DNA of 64,000 bases from IMG/VR virus record IMGVR_UViG_3300030041_000009, positions 62,001 to 126,000 of that record, one strand, 5' to 3'. The position numbers and the translations under genes are program-made. Position 1 is the first letter of the stretch, and every line of letters starts with the position of its first letter. The notes beneath the pieces are model-generated. The model saw nothing but the letters and a program-made list of their open reading frames with translations. It was not told where the DNA came from and ran no database searches. Shown piece by piece: positions 21,500 to 31,308 of the stretch.

Positions 21500-21914
21500 A
21501 TATTTTTATATAACCTTTACCAGTAAATTTTAATTTTTCATTTCTATTTTTAACATTTGAGTAACTAACATGTACCCATTCGAAATTTTTTTCATTTATA
21601 ATCTGATCAAATTTGAAATTGCTAACTATTAAATTAAAAAGTTTTTCATTTTCTTCTGGACTACCACCTGTAATATCTGCTGCTTGACCAAATACATGCT
21701 GACTATTGATGAACCCTTTAATTTCTCTATTAACTATCGGAGAACGATATCCACTATTTATATGAATTTGATTACCATATAATTCCCTTAATGGATCAAG
21801 TATATTCTTAACTAATAATACTAAATTATCTTGCTCTGGCTTCATTGGTAAATTATTTAATCCTGTTGAAGTTACAGTTAATTCCGATAAACTAAAATAT
21901 TTTCCAAGTTTCAT
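21498..21914 (-). CDS. Peptidase M15A (Zn D-Ala-D-Ala carboxypeptidase-like), possible endolysin
   Basis: YFSLSEL, INSGYRS..N, SQH..GQAADI, WVHVS. Confidence 0.85.
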   Translation of the reverse strand: MKLGKYFSLSELTVTSTGLNNLPMKPEQDNLVLLVKNILDPLRELYGNQIHINSGYRSPIVNREIKGFINSQHVFGQAADITGGSPEENEKLFNLIVSNFKFDQIINEKNFEWVHVSYSNVKNRNEKLKFTGKGYIKI

Positions 21915-21954
21915 ATTTTCTTTTTTATTATATATAAAAAAATATAAAAAGTTT

Positions 21955-22401
21955 TTATGCCTTTCTCTTTCTTTTTAAAATCACACCAATATTACCATAA
22001 TTTTCAGCATCAAATCCAGTTAACCATTCTAATTCATGCTCAATTATAACATATTTTCCTAATTTACTTCTCCATATATTTTCATACTGTTTAGATGCAT
22101 GATTTACATTATTAGAATTATCAACATAAAGTGCTACTTTTTCATATTCAAATTCATACTCATCATTATCACATATATTATATCCATATAAATTATAATA
22201 TTTAATATAATTATTTAATTTTGAACTACGCGGTAATATATTATAAGGCCAAGATTTTTCTGATGCGCCACACCATTCATCAAATATATCTAAACTATAT
22301 GCAAAACAATTAAAAACAATTAAATTATAATTTATATTTATAATTTTATAATTTTTACCTATCAATTTAGGATGCCAAATTTCAATATTATTTATATCCA
22401 T
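21955..22401 (-). CDS. Papain-like Cys-His protein (DUF7689-like)
   Basis: NCFAYS...HA...WRSKLG..IEH. Confidence 0.55.
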   Translation of the reverse strand: MDINNIEIWHPKLIGKNYKIININYNLIVFNCFAYSLDIFDEWCGASEKSWPYNILPRSSKLNNYIKYYNLYGYNICDNDEYEFEYEKVALYVDNSNNVNHASKQYENIWRSKLGKYVIIEHELEWLTGFDAENYGNIGVILKRKRKA

Positions 22402-22699
22402 TTTCTATACCCCATTTTTTCCAAGAATTCATAATATCAATTGATTTAATTGATTCTTTGTCAGGCTCGTCCCCAGTTATTCTACGTAATGCTTCAAACC
22501 AAAACATACTCTCATCTATTCTATTTAATAATGAAGGTATTGATTTTTCACCATATTCTATAATTTTAATATATGATGGATGAGAATATATTTTTTCTAA
22601 TACTGAACAATTACCTTTTTGATTTTCTAAATCATCAATTAATTTTTCTATAACTAATAAATCATTATTAATAAATTCATTAAATTTATTTATTTCCAT
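22388..22699 (-). CDS. HEAT-like helical protein, partner of the Cys-His gene
   Basis: HPSY.KII..G...IP.LL...WF.AL..ITG..P...W.KWG. Confidence 0.5.
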   Translation of the reverse strand: MEINKFNEFINNDLLVIEKLIDDLENQKGNCSVLEKIYSHPSYIKIIEYGEKSIPSLLNRIDESMFWFEALRRITGDEPDKESIKSIDIMNSWKKWGIENGYK

Positions 22700-22800
22700 T
22701 TTAATTTTTTATTTATATATTAAATATTAGTGATTATAATTAAAATAAACAAAACTTAATTATTTTTATATAAATATATGATAATAAAATAAAATAATAA

Positions 22801-23769
22801 ATGATAATAAGTAAAACTGTTAATATTAGAATTAGTACAAGCAACAAAGATCATTTTGAAAAATTAGGATATAAAGTAAAATTAAATGAATATATTGAAG
22901 TTAACGTTTGTCATTTAAAACCGAATTCAAAAGTTATTATTGATGTAGAATGCGATGTTTGTCATAGAAAAACTCAAATTAGATATGATGTTTATATGAG
23001 AAAATCTATATTTTCATGTAGTTATAAATGCGCTGCAAAATTGTATTTCGCTAAAAGTCAGGAAACATTTATTGCACAATTAAATGAAGTATATAAAAAT
23101 AATCTTGATTTTTCAAAGAGTGTATATGTTAATAATCATACTTGTGTTATTGTAGAATGCGAAAAACACGGAGAATTTAAAATGTTACCGAAAGATTTAA
23201 TTGACGGAAGAGGCTGCATAAAATGTAATAAAGAAAAAAGAATAGAAAAAAGATATAAAAAATTCGTTTCTGAAGCAAAAATATTACACAACAATAAATA
23301 TACTTATCCAAATTATTCAGATTCTAATTATATTGACTCAAGCACGAAGCTAGTAATTAGTTGTCCTATACATGGCGATTTTAAACAAACTTCATCTCAT
23401 CATTTATTATTGTGTGGTTGTCAAAAATGTAGTAATACAAGTAAAAGATTAAAAAGATTAAAAAGATTAAGTGATGATAAATTTGATGGAAATCAAGTAT
23501 TTCCATCATATAATAAAAAAGGTTGTGATATTTTTGATGAAATATCAAAGAATGAAAATATTCATATTCAACATGCAATGAATGAGGGAGAATATCATAT
23601 TGAAGAACTTGGTTATTGGATAGATGGATATGATGCTATAAATAATGTAGTATATGAGTATGACGAAAAACATCATTTTATAAAAGGTGAATTAAGACAA
23701 AAAGATCTTGATAGGCAAAAAGAAATTGAAAATTTTTTAAATTGCAAATTTATAAGAATTAAAGATTAA
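22801..23769 (+). CDS. Free-standing homing endonuclease (Zn-ribbon/DUF723-like repeats + PD-(D/E)XK nuclease)
   Basis: CDVC, C.KHG.F and CPIHG.F repeats; IDGYD...VYEYDEKHH...D..R...I...L.C.FIRI. Confidence 0.75.
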   Translation: MIISKTVNIRISTSNKDHFEKLGYKVKLNEYIEVNVCHLKPNSKVIIDVECDVCHRKTQIRYDVYMRKSIFSCSYKCAAKLYFAKSQETFIAQLNEVYKNNLDFSKSVYVNNHTCVIVECEKHGEFKMLPKDLIDGRGCIKCNKEKRIEKRYKKFVSEAKILHNNKYTYPNYSDSNYIDSSTKLVISCPIHGDFKQTSSHHLLLCGCQKCSNTSKRLKRLKRLSDDKFDGNQVFPSYNKKGCDIFDEISKNENIHIQHAMNEGEYHIEELGYWIDGYDAINNVVYEYDEKHHFIKGELRQKDLDRQKEIENFLNCKFIRIKD

Positions 23770-25332
23770 TTATAATTTGACCTTTAATTCATCATAAGGA
23801 TATTGTTGTTTTTTATATACTTCATCTCTTCTAGATTCATATTGTTTCCATAATATTGTTTTATAGTCAGGATGAAAAATGTCTACCAAATCAAATACGA
23901 TTAATTTTGTTTTTTCTTTGTGTAATCTTAGACCTCTCCCTATTGCTTGCCTTATTATTTTAGGCTCTTTATAAGAATCCGCAAAGATAATATTTGTTAT
24001 TGCTTTAACACTTACGCCGACAGAAAATACTCCGAAAGATGCTAAAAGTATTTTAGGATTACCTGAAGTATCTTCTAATTTTTTCTTGATATATTCTCTT
24101 TTTTCTGTAGATGTTGTACCGTCAATATAGAACACATCTTTACCAATGCAATTATCTTTGATATAATTATATAATTCTGTTCCATAAGTAATAGTATGAA
24201 ATAATATAAGAGAATTAGATTTAAATTTATCTGTTAAATTTTTAATAAATGTTTTTCTTTTTGCTGAATTATGTACGTATTCACGTTCTAAAATCCATGC
24301 ACGTTGACCGTCAGTTTTTTTTATATTATTAACTCCTTCTGCAAATTTATGATTATCATGATGTAACATGATAACTTTTATTTTAAGATCTGATATTAAT
24401 CCTTTATCTATTAATTTTCTAGCACTAATATTTATTAATTTAGGACCCATTAAAGATTGAATTGTTAATATTTCTATTGAAGAATCCGAAGGATAAGATC
24501 CACTCATTCCGAATCGTAATTTTGCAACTCCAAACGTTTTTGTTAAAATAGTTTGAATGGTAATAGCTTTTGCAGTATGTGCTTCATCACATGCTACAAC
24601 TTCAAATTGGTCAAAAAATGTTTTAGGATATTTTTCTAATGATTGATAAGTTCCAATGTATATATTTGGTATTTTTTCACCATCTCTATATTTTCTTGGT
24701 TTATCACTCATAACTTCATCAATTCTAATATCAATAGGGTTTTTATTATCATTATTAAAACCGTAATTATAATCATTAAGATCATTATAAAATTGAGTAA
24801 CTAAACTTATACTTGGGACAATCAATAAAAATTTAGCATTTGTATTTATATTTTTTAAATAATAAAATAGTAATGTGCCAAATACCAATGATTTACCTCC
24901 AGCAGTAGCAATTTCAATTAATCCATATTGATGTTTTAATAATTGAAATATTGCATCTACTTGATGTTCATATGGCATAAAAGGTTTACCATCAGGAGTT
25001 TTATGATCTTTATAAAATTCAGTCACAAAATCTTGTACATTTTCTCTTAATATATCTTTATTACGTGGAAATTGTTCTTGATTTTCAATTATAAATTTAT
25101 AACCATACTCTTTACAACATTTATATATTTCTTGCCATAATCCAAAGTCAATTGATCCACCTGGATTTCCAAAATAACTTATACTTCCATCCCATACACC
25201 AAGCTTGAACCTTTTCATAAAACGGTAGTTATGAACTTTTCTGGTTAGATATAGTTTAAGTTGGTTATATTCTCCTTTGGTTGATTCTGTTAAAATTAAC
25301 TTTGAATTGTCTTTATTTAATTTAAATTTCAT
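23770..25332 (-). CDS. uvsW: UvsW-like SF2 DNA helicase
   Basis: WDG.I N-domain, ATAGGKS, DEAH, SGS, QAIGRGLR; next to uvsY. Confidence 0.88.
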   Translation of the reverse strand: MKFKLNKDNSKLILTESTKGEYNQLKLYLTRKVHNYRFMKRFKLGVWDGSISYFGNPGGSIDFGLWQEIYKCCKEYGYKFIIENQEQFPRNKDILRENVQDFVTEFYKDHKTPDGKPFMPYEHQVDAIFQLLKHQYGLIEIATAGGKSLVFGTLLFYYLKNINTNAKFLLIVPSISLVTQFYNDLNDYNYGFNNDNKNPIDIRIDEVMSDKPRKYRDGEKIPNIYIGTYQSLEKYPKTFFDQFEVVACDEAHTAKAITIQTILTKTFGVAKLRFGMSGSYPSDSSIEILTIQSLMGPKLINISARKLIDKGLISDLKIKVIMLHHDNHKFAEGVNNIKKTDGQRAWILEREYVHNSAKRKTFIKNLTDKFKSNSLILFHTITYGTELYNYIKDNCIGKDVFYIDGTTSTEKREYIKKKLEDTSGNPKILLASFGVFSVGVSVKAITNIIFADSYKEPKIIRQAIGRGLRLHKEKTKLIVFDLVDIFHPDYKTILWKQYESRRDEVYKKQQYPYDELKVKL

Positions 25333-25495
25333 GTAATGCCTTTAATTTTTCTTTTCTTAAAATTTTATTTGCTTTATCGTAATATGATTTAAAATTATTT
25401 TTATTTTTAATAAAAAAATCTTTTTTACAATAATACTTTGGAGTAAATCCTAAGTAGTTTATTAATAATTTATATGCTAAATTATTTAGTTCCAT
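25322..25495 (-). CDS. 57-aa RKxKL-tagged protein, tandem paralog of 25482..25664 (not in ORF track)
   Basis: MELNNLAYKLL...KSYYDKANKILRKEKLKALHEI. Confidence 0.7.
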   Translation of the reverse strand: MELNNLAYKLLINYLGFTPKYYCKKDFFIKNKNNFKSYYDKANKILRKEKLKALHEI

Positions 25496-25664
25496 ATGAT
25501 TTTAATGTCTTTAATTTTTCTTTTCTTAGAATTTTATTTGCTTTATCGTAATATGATTTATATCTATTTTTATTTTTCATAAAAATATTAATTTTAAAAT
25601 CCTGAATTGAAATAAATCCAAATTTTTCTATAAATAATTTATATGCCAAATCATCTAATTTCAT
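25482..25664 (-). CDS. Small RKxKL-tagged protein
   Basis: ...KSYYDKANKILRKEKLKTL. Confidence 0.65.
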   Translation of the reverse strand: MKLDDLAYKLFIEKFGFISIQDFKINIFMKNKNRYKSYYDKANKILRKEKLKTLKSYGTK

Positions 25665-25884
25665 TTAATAAAAATAATTTCTTTTTTCTAATTTGTTTTA
25701 AACAAACAATATTTATATGGTTTTTAATAGTATTATCTAATAAATCAAATGATAGTTTGTCAGAATTATAAATATATTTTGAGTCATCGAAATGTATTAT
25801 TGTAATTTTTGGGCTATTCATTCCTTCTGCTATTATAAAATCTGATTTTATTTCAAATTTTTTAATATAATTATTAGTTATCAT
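25651..25884 (-). CDS. Small RKxKL-tagged protein
   Basis: Ends IRKKKLFLLNEIR. Confidence 0.55.
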   Translation of the reverse strand: MITNNYIKKFEIKSDFIIAEGMNSPKITIIHFDDSKYIYNSDKLSFDLLDNTIKNHINIVCLKQIRKKKLFLLNEIR

Positions 25885-26342
25885 TATTTGTAACCTCCTA
25901 ATATATTAGCCAGTTCAATTTTAGATTTAACTGAATAGTTTATAGATTCTAGATTTTTAGAAGTATCTCTTAAAAAATTTACATGTTCATCTAGTTCATT
26001 TATAAAGCATTGATGTTCTGATAAATCTGCTTCGATAAGTCTTAATTTTTCTGTTCCAGACGTTTTAACTTGATATGATGTTGCATAGAATTCAAATCTT
26101 TCTTTTGTTAGAACTTTTGTTTTTTGAACCAGTTTATGTATTTTAACGCTATAATTTTTAATTTCTTCGACTACAATTTGTCGTTGACTTATAGCTTCTG
26201 CCTGAATATCTGCAATATTTTTTAGATCGTCGTTAATTAATCTATTAGTTAATTTATTAACAATAGCGATCCATTGTTTTGTAGATTCTATCATTTTTTT
26301 TTGAAATTTTTGTCTTGAGTCTAGTTCAATGTTTTCTGACAT
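25884..26342 (-). CDS. uvsY: UvsY-like recombination mediator
   Basis: Helical, about 150 aa; RFEFY...IEADL...FL....K.L....Y.VK..IE; adjacent to uvsW as in T4-like phages. Confidence 0.65.
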   Translation of the reverse strand: MSENIELDSRQKFQKKMIESTKQWIAIVNKLTNRLINDDLKNIADIQAEAISQRQIVVEEIKNYSVKIHKLVQKTKVLTKERFEFYATSYQVKTSGTEKLRLIEADLSEHQCFINELDEHVNFLRDTSKNLESINYSVKSKIELANILGGYK

Positions 26343-26389
26343 AGTTGTAGAATGAGTTTATTTTATATATAATATAAATAGAAGTTAGT

Positions 26390-27124
26390 TTAAATTTTTG
26401 CAAAATTAATATCAAAATAATAGTTAAAATTATATTGATTAGATGGTTTACTTTGATTATATAATATTGACACAGAATTAAAATTATAAGGATCATAATT
26501 TTGTATACTTATATTTGTCAAATTTGCTGTTTGATATACATCTGGATTAAATATTGGATTATATTGTAGAACAATATTATTATAAATAGTTTGATCTGTA
26601 ATGCTATAGTAGTTTACATAAAATTGTATAGAATCTAATTTATATCTATTAAAAATATTCTGATTTATATATTCATATATTGCGTTATTAATATCATTAG
26701 AATATATATCATTTTGTCTTATTATTTTAAATACTCTTTGTTCTTTAATTTTAAAGAATAAATAATCTTTTAATATTTGTGCTCCGTTAATATTTATTAG
26801 CCATCTGGTATTATTATTTTTATCTGATTGTGTTTGACTATATTGTGAAATTACTTGATTATTTTGTTTTAAATCTGATAAATTTTCATTGAATGTAATT
26901 TCCCAATCATCGGGTATTGTAGTTATATCATAGTATTGGTATCCGTTATTACCATTGATAGTATTGTTAACAATTTGACTAAATTTTATAGCGTCGTCGT
27001 TAATATAGATTTCATCTTCGGTATATATTATTTTACCTCCAAAAAAAGTTCTTAATTCTGTTTGATTCATTGTACCTGGCACAGAGTTTACAGAAAATTT
27101 TTTTAATATTAAATTACTTTTCAC
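26390..27124 (-). CDS. Putative structural protein
   Basis: N/Q/Y-rich ORF in an operon with large structural genes. Confidence 0.5.
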   Translation of the reverse strand: MKSNLILKKFSVNSVPGTMNQTELRTFFGGKIIYTEDEIYINDDAIKFSQIVNNTINGNNGYQYYDITTIPDDWEITFNENLSDLKQNNQVISQYSQTQSDKNNNTRWLININGAQILKDYLFFKIKEQRVFKIIRQNDIYSNDINNAIYEYINQNIFNRYKLDSIQFYVNYYSITDQTIYNNIVLQYNPIFNPDVYQTANLTNISIQNYDPYNFNSVSILYNQSKPSNQYNFNYYFDINFAKI

Positions 27125-27139
27125 TATTTATTATTTTTT

Positions 27140-27532
27140 TTATATATTAAATTTATTTACATCAAATTCGAAATCAGGTATATTTATATTTCCCATAAAT
27201 TTATATCCTTTTTTTTCATAAAAATCTTCAGTATTTTTATTCCAATTAACTTTATAGTTCCAGCCCCAACAAAGACTAACATCGTCATCTACAGTTTTAG
27301 TTGGATTATATCCAACAAATACATAATTATATTGTCTCATATTTTTATTACCTAAAAATTGTTCTATTTTAAAATCAGGACATTTTATTTGTTTTAAAGA
27401 ATCTTCAAATCTATCATCAGTTGGTAATAACCAATAGCATCTACTATCATATATATTTTCATATATATTTTCATATATATTTTCATATATATTTTCATAT
27501 ATATTTTCTTCAAACATTTTTATATATTTCAT
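27140..27532 (-). CDS. CTS-like/FNI-tagged protein with YENI repeat (probable start 27532)
   Basis: MKYIKMFE..YWLLPTDDRFE..KFNI; paralog of 27537. Confidence 0.65.
   Translation of the reverse strand: MKYIKMFEENIYENIYENIYENIYENIYDSRCYWLLPTDDRFEDSLKQIKCPDFKIEQFLGNKNMRQYNYVFVGYNPTKTVDDDVSLCWGWNYKVNWNKNTEDFYEKKGYKFMGNINIPDFEFDVNKFNI
27447..27506. repeat. 12-bp tandem repeat tcatatatattt x5
   Basis: Five perfect copies encoding ENIY repeats. Confidence 0.95.
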
Positions 27533-27536
27533 ATAG

Positions 27537-27854
27537 TTATATGTTAAATTTATCAGCAATTAATTCTAATTCATTCATATTTATATGTCCACCAAATTTA
27601 TAATTATTTTCTTCAAGATAATCGTCAAGTAATTTACCTTTATATGAATTCCATTCCCATTGTTTATTATATGGTGAATAACAAATGAATACATATTTAA
27701 TATTTTTAATTCTATTATTATTTAAAAAAAATTTAATATTATTATTAGGACATTTTATTTGTTTTAAAGATTTTTCAAATCTATCATCAGTCGGCAATAA
27801 CCAATATGTTGGTTCATTATATAATTCATTTTCAAAAGTTTTAATATATTTCAT
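27537..27854 (-). CDS. CTS-like/FNI-tagged protein
   Basis: MKYIKTFE..YWLLPTDDRFE..KFNI. Confidence 0.65.
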   Translation of the reverse strand: MKYIKTFENELYNEPTYWLLPTDDRFEKSLKQIKCPNNNIKFFLNNNRIKNIKYVFICYSPYNKQWEWNSYKGKLLDDYLEENNYKFGGHINMNELELIADKFNI

Positions 27855-30800
27855 TAATCATTTATATTTTTTATTGGATCAATTATATATTCATAGTTAG
27901 AAAAATTTGAAAAGACATTATTATTCATATTTTGAGTATTATTTGTTATTACATAAAAATCGTTATCCCAAGATGAGCTAAATATAAATCTTGAAGAAAA
28001 CTGATATCCAAATTCGTCAACTATTGGATACACAGATACATCAGTATTAGTATTACTTAATTTTAATGGAGATATTACAGGATTAATTTTTGAATAAATT
28101 AATTCTTCAATCATACCGAAGTTTTCAAATGAAGTATCGAATTTATAGTTTGATTCAAATTGACTTATAGTATTTCCTGATTCATATAAAAATGTATTAT
28201 TAAATACTGGTATTGTATTAAATATTGGTTCATAAGAGCCGTTATATCTATAAATAGAATTATCTGATGATACGCCGTTTGAAGTATTCATTATATTTTG
28301 TTGTATATTTAATGACATAGATCTAGCTAACGGTTCAGAAACATTATATTTAGTTTTTTGATTTGTATCGTAATACACTTGATATTTATCATAAATATTA
28401 GTTAATGGTCCTTTTATTGCAGTTTTAATATATGAATTTTGTTTAGTTGTTAAAACTGCTGGATCATTTAAATTTAAAATAAATGGAGTATCATTTTTAA
28501 CCCAATCAGGTATTAATGCCATGGTACCTCCAGTTGTATTCATAGGTGCTGTATATCCAGATTGTCCAATTGAATTGATATAATAATATGTTATACCAGA
28601 ATCAAATTCTGATAATGAATTCATATCATAAAATGCGTTAAATATATTTGATGCAACTATTAATGATGGATCGAATTCTTTAACATTTGCTGGATAGACT
28701 AAACTATTACCGTCTAATGTTTTTGAATTATATAATCCAAATTTTTCACCAAAAAAGGCGACATTATTTAAACTAATATAATTTTTTTGAATTGGTATTT
28801 TAACATTAACAACAACTAAAATATTTTTAAATTCTTCATTTAAAAATGCGTGTATTGCATTTGATGATATATCAATTATCGTATTTCCTGATAATCCACC
28901 TTCATATGTTGAATCATATGTATTACCAGTATAATATTGATAAACATCATTAAGAATTATTGCAAATTTATAATCATTAAAATTTTTACTATTATCAGCA
29001 ACTATACTTGTAATTGATCCATTAATATCTCTTGATACACTTGTAACATTTAATGCGTTAATATTTAAACCTTTAAATAATGTACTAGATGCTGTATATA
29101 TATCGCCTGCTTGAAAAGTTGAATATTTTAATGTTTGTTTTGTATAATTAATATCATCTATAGTAAAATATGTTTTATTTTTAAAAAAATAATCAAAATA
29201 ATCAACATTTGAATTTAGATATAAATCTAAATTAAATTTTTTACTATAATTTTCCATAAAATCTACTTCTATGTTAGTAGTTTGATTTAAATATTTAATA
29301 ATATTATTTGTATTACCTGAGAAAAAATTACCTATTCTGTAGCAGTAATCTAAATTTTTTTCTACTTCTGTTGGTAGCAAGCTAAATACATCTGCAGTTG
29401 CATTAAATACGTCTCCTATACTAATTGAATTATTTAATTTATATGGATAATCGCAATTAGAATTTGAGCCAGCGAACCCCCATTTTACAACTGATGGATT
29501 TTTTCTCCATATTTCTGTTAAATCGTTAAATGATATTTCATAAAGTTCGTCATCTGCGATATATTCAGAAGATACATTCATTATTTGATATTGTCCATCT
29601 TCACCTCTTGGATATGTCATATAATTTTGACTTAATACTGAAGTATCAGTATAATCTATAGCATATAATTTTTGTTCATCAGTTGCAGTATAAATATCTT
29701 TTTCATAGTCAAAATCAGCAAAATGTGTATTTACTCTATTAAAATCAAAATCTTTAATATCATTAAATTTTATTCTATACACAGGATAGATTAATGGTTT
29801 ATTTCCATATGTATAAATTTGTTTTGTAGTATAATAATTACTATTTTTACCACCTTTCCAATATTCTAGTCCTGTTGTGTAAGAATTTATTGCGTAATCA
29901 CTTTGTATAAAATAGCTATCATTTTTACATTTTAGTACATGATATATACCATCAATTAGTATTAAATATAAATCACCATACATTGATTTAATAGTATTTC
30001 CTGAGTAATATGGATCAATATTAAAGTTAGAAGTATATCCAGATATATAATTAGTAATACCTGATGGATTATTAATAGTTTGACAATTATAAATATAGCC
30101 ATCAGTATAATTAATAAAGCACGTTCTATCATTTGAAACATTAAAAGTAGAACCACTCATATCAAAATCACTAATAACTCTATATGTATTAACACCGTTA
30201 TTATACACTAGTACTACTTGATAAAATTCATTATCAGTCTCAGATGACGTAAGTTGTATCCAATAAGTTTTATCTAAAAAGAAACCTTCTACAAATGGAG
30301 ATTCATTAGTTGGTATGAAAGTACTTCCTGACATATAGCCAAATATATTATTCTTCAATGTAAATCCACTTATCAATTCTGGAGTTATATATGAAGTTAA
30401 ATTAGTAATCAATTCTAATTTATCAGCATAAAAACCATAATATCTATTTAATGAATAATTATGTATATTAACAGGATCTGCTGGTACATCATTAAATAAA
30501 AATTTAAAATTTAAAATATGAGGATATATTAAATTATTTGTTTTAAATGACTCTATAATATCAGATTCAAGTTTAAAATGTGGTTGTTCATATTGCAATG
30601 TTGATTGTAAAAAATTAGAAATATTAACATATCCTCCATTATTATAATCTATTCCGTAAAATTTAGAATATTCATATGATCTAAAATCCAAATCAAATGA
30701 TCTTTCTGGATATGATGTATTATTTGTAATATTTGTATTTAAAAATAATCCTAAATCTGTATTATATCTCATATCAACAAAAGATACGCATTTCCAATTA

Positions 30801-31288
30801 TTAACAATTTGAGAATTAAAATTATCTTTTGTAATTTTACCAGCACCTAAATCATCATCTTGGATATCATAAGGAGCGGAATCATCTACTCTTAATATAA
30901 CAAATCCATCTGGTATATTATTTTTTCTTATAAATAATGGCGCAAAATATTCATATGTTTCATTATACCATGTATCTTCAACTGATTTAGCACCACTCCA
31001 ATAAATATCATCAAATTGTTGTTCGTATTTAGAAAATACAGTAGAATCATCAGAATCATATTTAACATCAAATGCCAATTGTGATGATAGTCCATCATAA
31101 AATTTAACAATTTGATTTTCATATAAATTATTTTTTGATATTGAAAAATGTTTATATTTTTGATTAGATAATTGAGAATTTGTATCAAATGATTCTAAAT
31201 AGAACTTATAATCAGAACTAACAACTAATTTAACATTAGTTGTTAGTGCTGGATTTGTTCTTAATAATTGAAAGCTATTATTTATCAT
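27854..31288 (-). CDS. Large putative virion (baseplate/tail) protein, 1144 aa
   Basis: Size, N/S/T/Y-rich, about 13 [ST]GxT motifs. Confidence 0.55.
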   Translation of the reverse strand: MINNSFQLLRTNPALTTNVKLVVSSDYKFYLESFDTNSQLSNQKYKHFSISKNNLYENQIVKFYDGLSSQLAFDVKYDSDDSTVFSKYEQQFDDIYWSGAKSVEDTWYNETYEYFAPLFIRKNNIPDGFVILRVDDSAPYDIQDDDLGAGKITKDNFNSQIVNNWKCVSFVDMRYNTDLGLFLNTNITNNTSYPERSFDLDFRSYEYSKFYGIDYNNGGYVNISNFLQSTLQYEQPHFKLESDIIESFKTNNLIYPHILNFKFLFNDVPADPVNIHNYSLNRYYGFYADKLELITNLTSYITPELISGFTLKNNIFGYMSGSTFIPTNESPFVEGFFLDKTYWIQLTSSETDNEFYQVVLVYNNGVNTYRVISDFDMSGSTFNVSNDRTCFINYTDGYIYNCQTINNPSGITNYISGYTSNFNIDPYYSGNTIKSMYGDLYLILIDGIYHVLKCKNDSYFIQSDYAINSYTTGLEYWKGGKNSNYYTTKQIYTYGNKPLIYPVYRIKFNDIKDFDFNRVNTHFADFDYEKDIYTATDEQKLYAIDYTDTSVLSQNYMTYPRGEDGQYQIMNVSSEYIADDELYEISFNDLTEIWRKNPSVVKWGFAGSNSNCDYPYKLNNSISIGDVFNATADVFSLLPTEVEKNLDYCYRIGNFFSGNTNNIIKYLNQTTNIEVDFMENYSKKFNLDLYLNSNVDYFDYFFKNKTYFTIDDINYTKQTLKYSTFQAGDIYTASSTLFKGLNINALNVTSVSRDINGSITSIVADNSKNFNDYKFAIILNDVYQYYTGNTYDSTYEGGLSGNTIIDISSNAIHAFLNEEFKNILVVVNVKIPIQKNYISLNNVAFFGEKFGLYNSKTLDGNSLVYPANVKEFDPSLIVASNIFNAFYDMNSLSEFDSGITYYYINSIGQSGYTAPMNTTGGTMALIPDWVKNDTPFILNLNDPAVLTTKQNSYIKTAIKGPLTNIYDKYQVYYDTNQKTKYNVSEPLARSMSLNIQQNIMNTSNGVSSDNSIYRYNGSYEPIFNTIPVFNNTFLYESGNTISQFESNYKFDTSFENFGMIEELIYSKINPVISPLKLSNTNTDVSVYPIVDEFGYQFSSRFIFSSSWDNDFYVITNNTQNMNNNVFSNFSNYEYIIDPIKNIND

Positions 31289-31308
31289 AATTTTTTAATA
31301 TTTTATAT

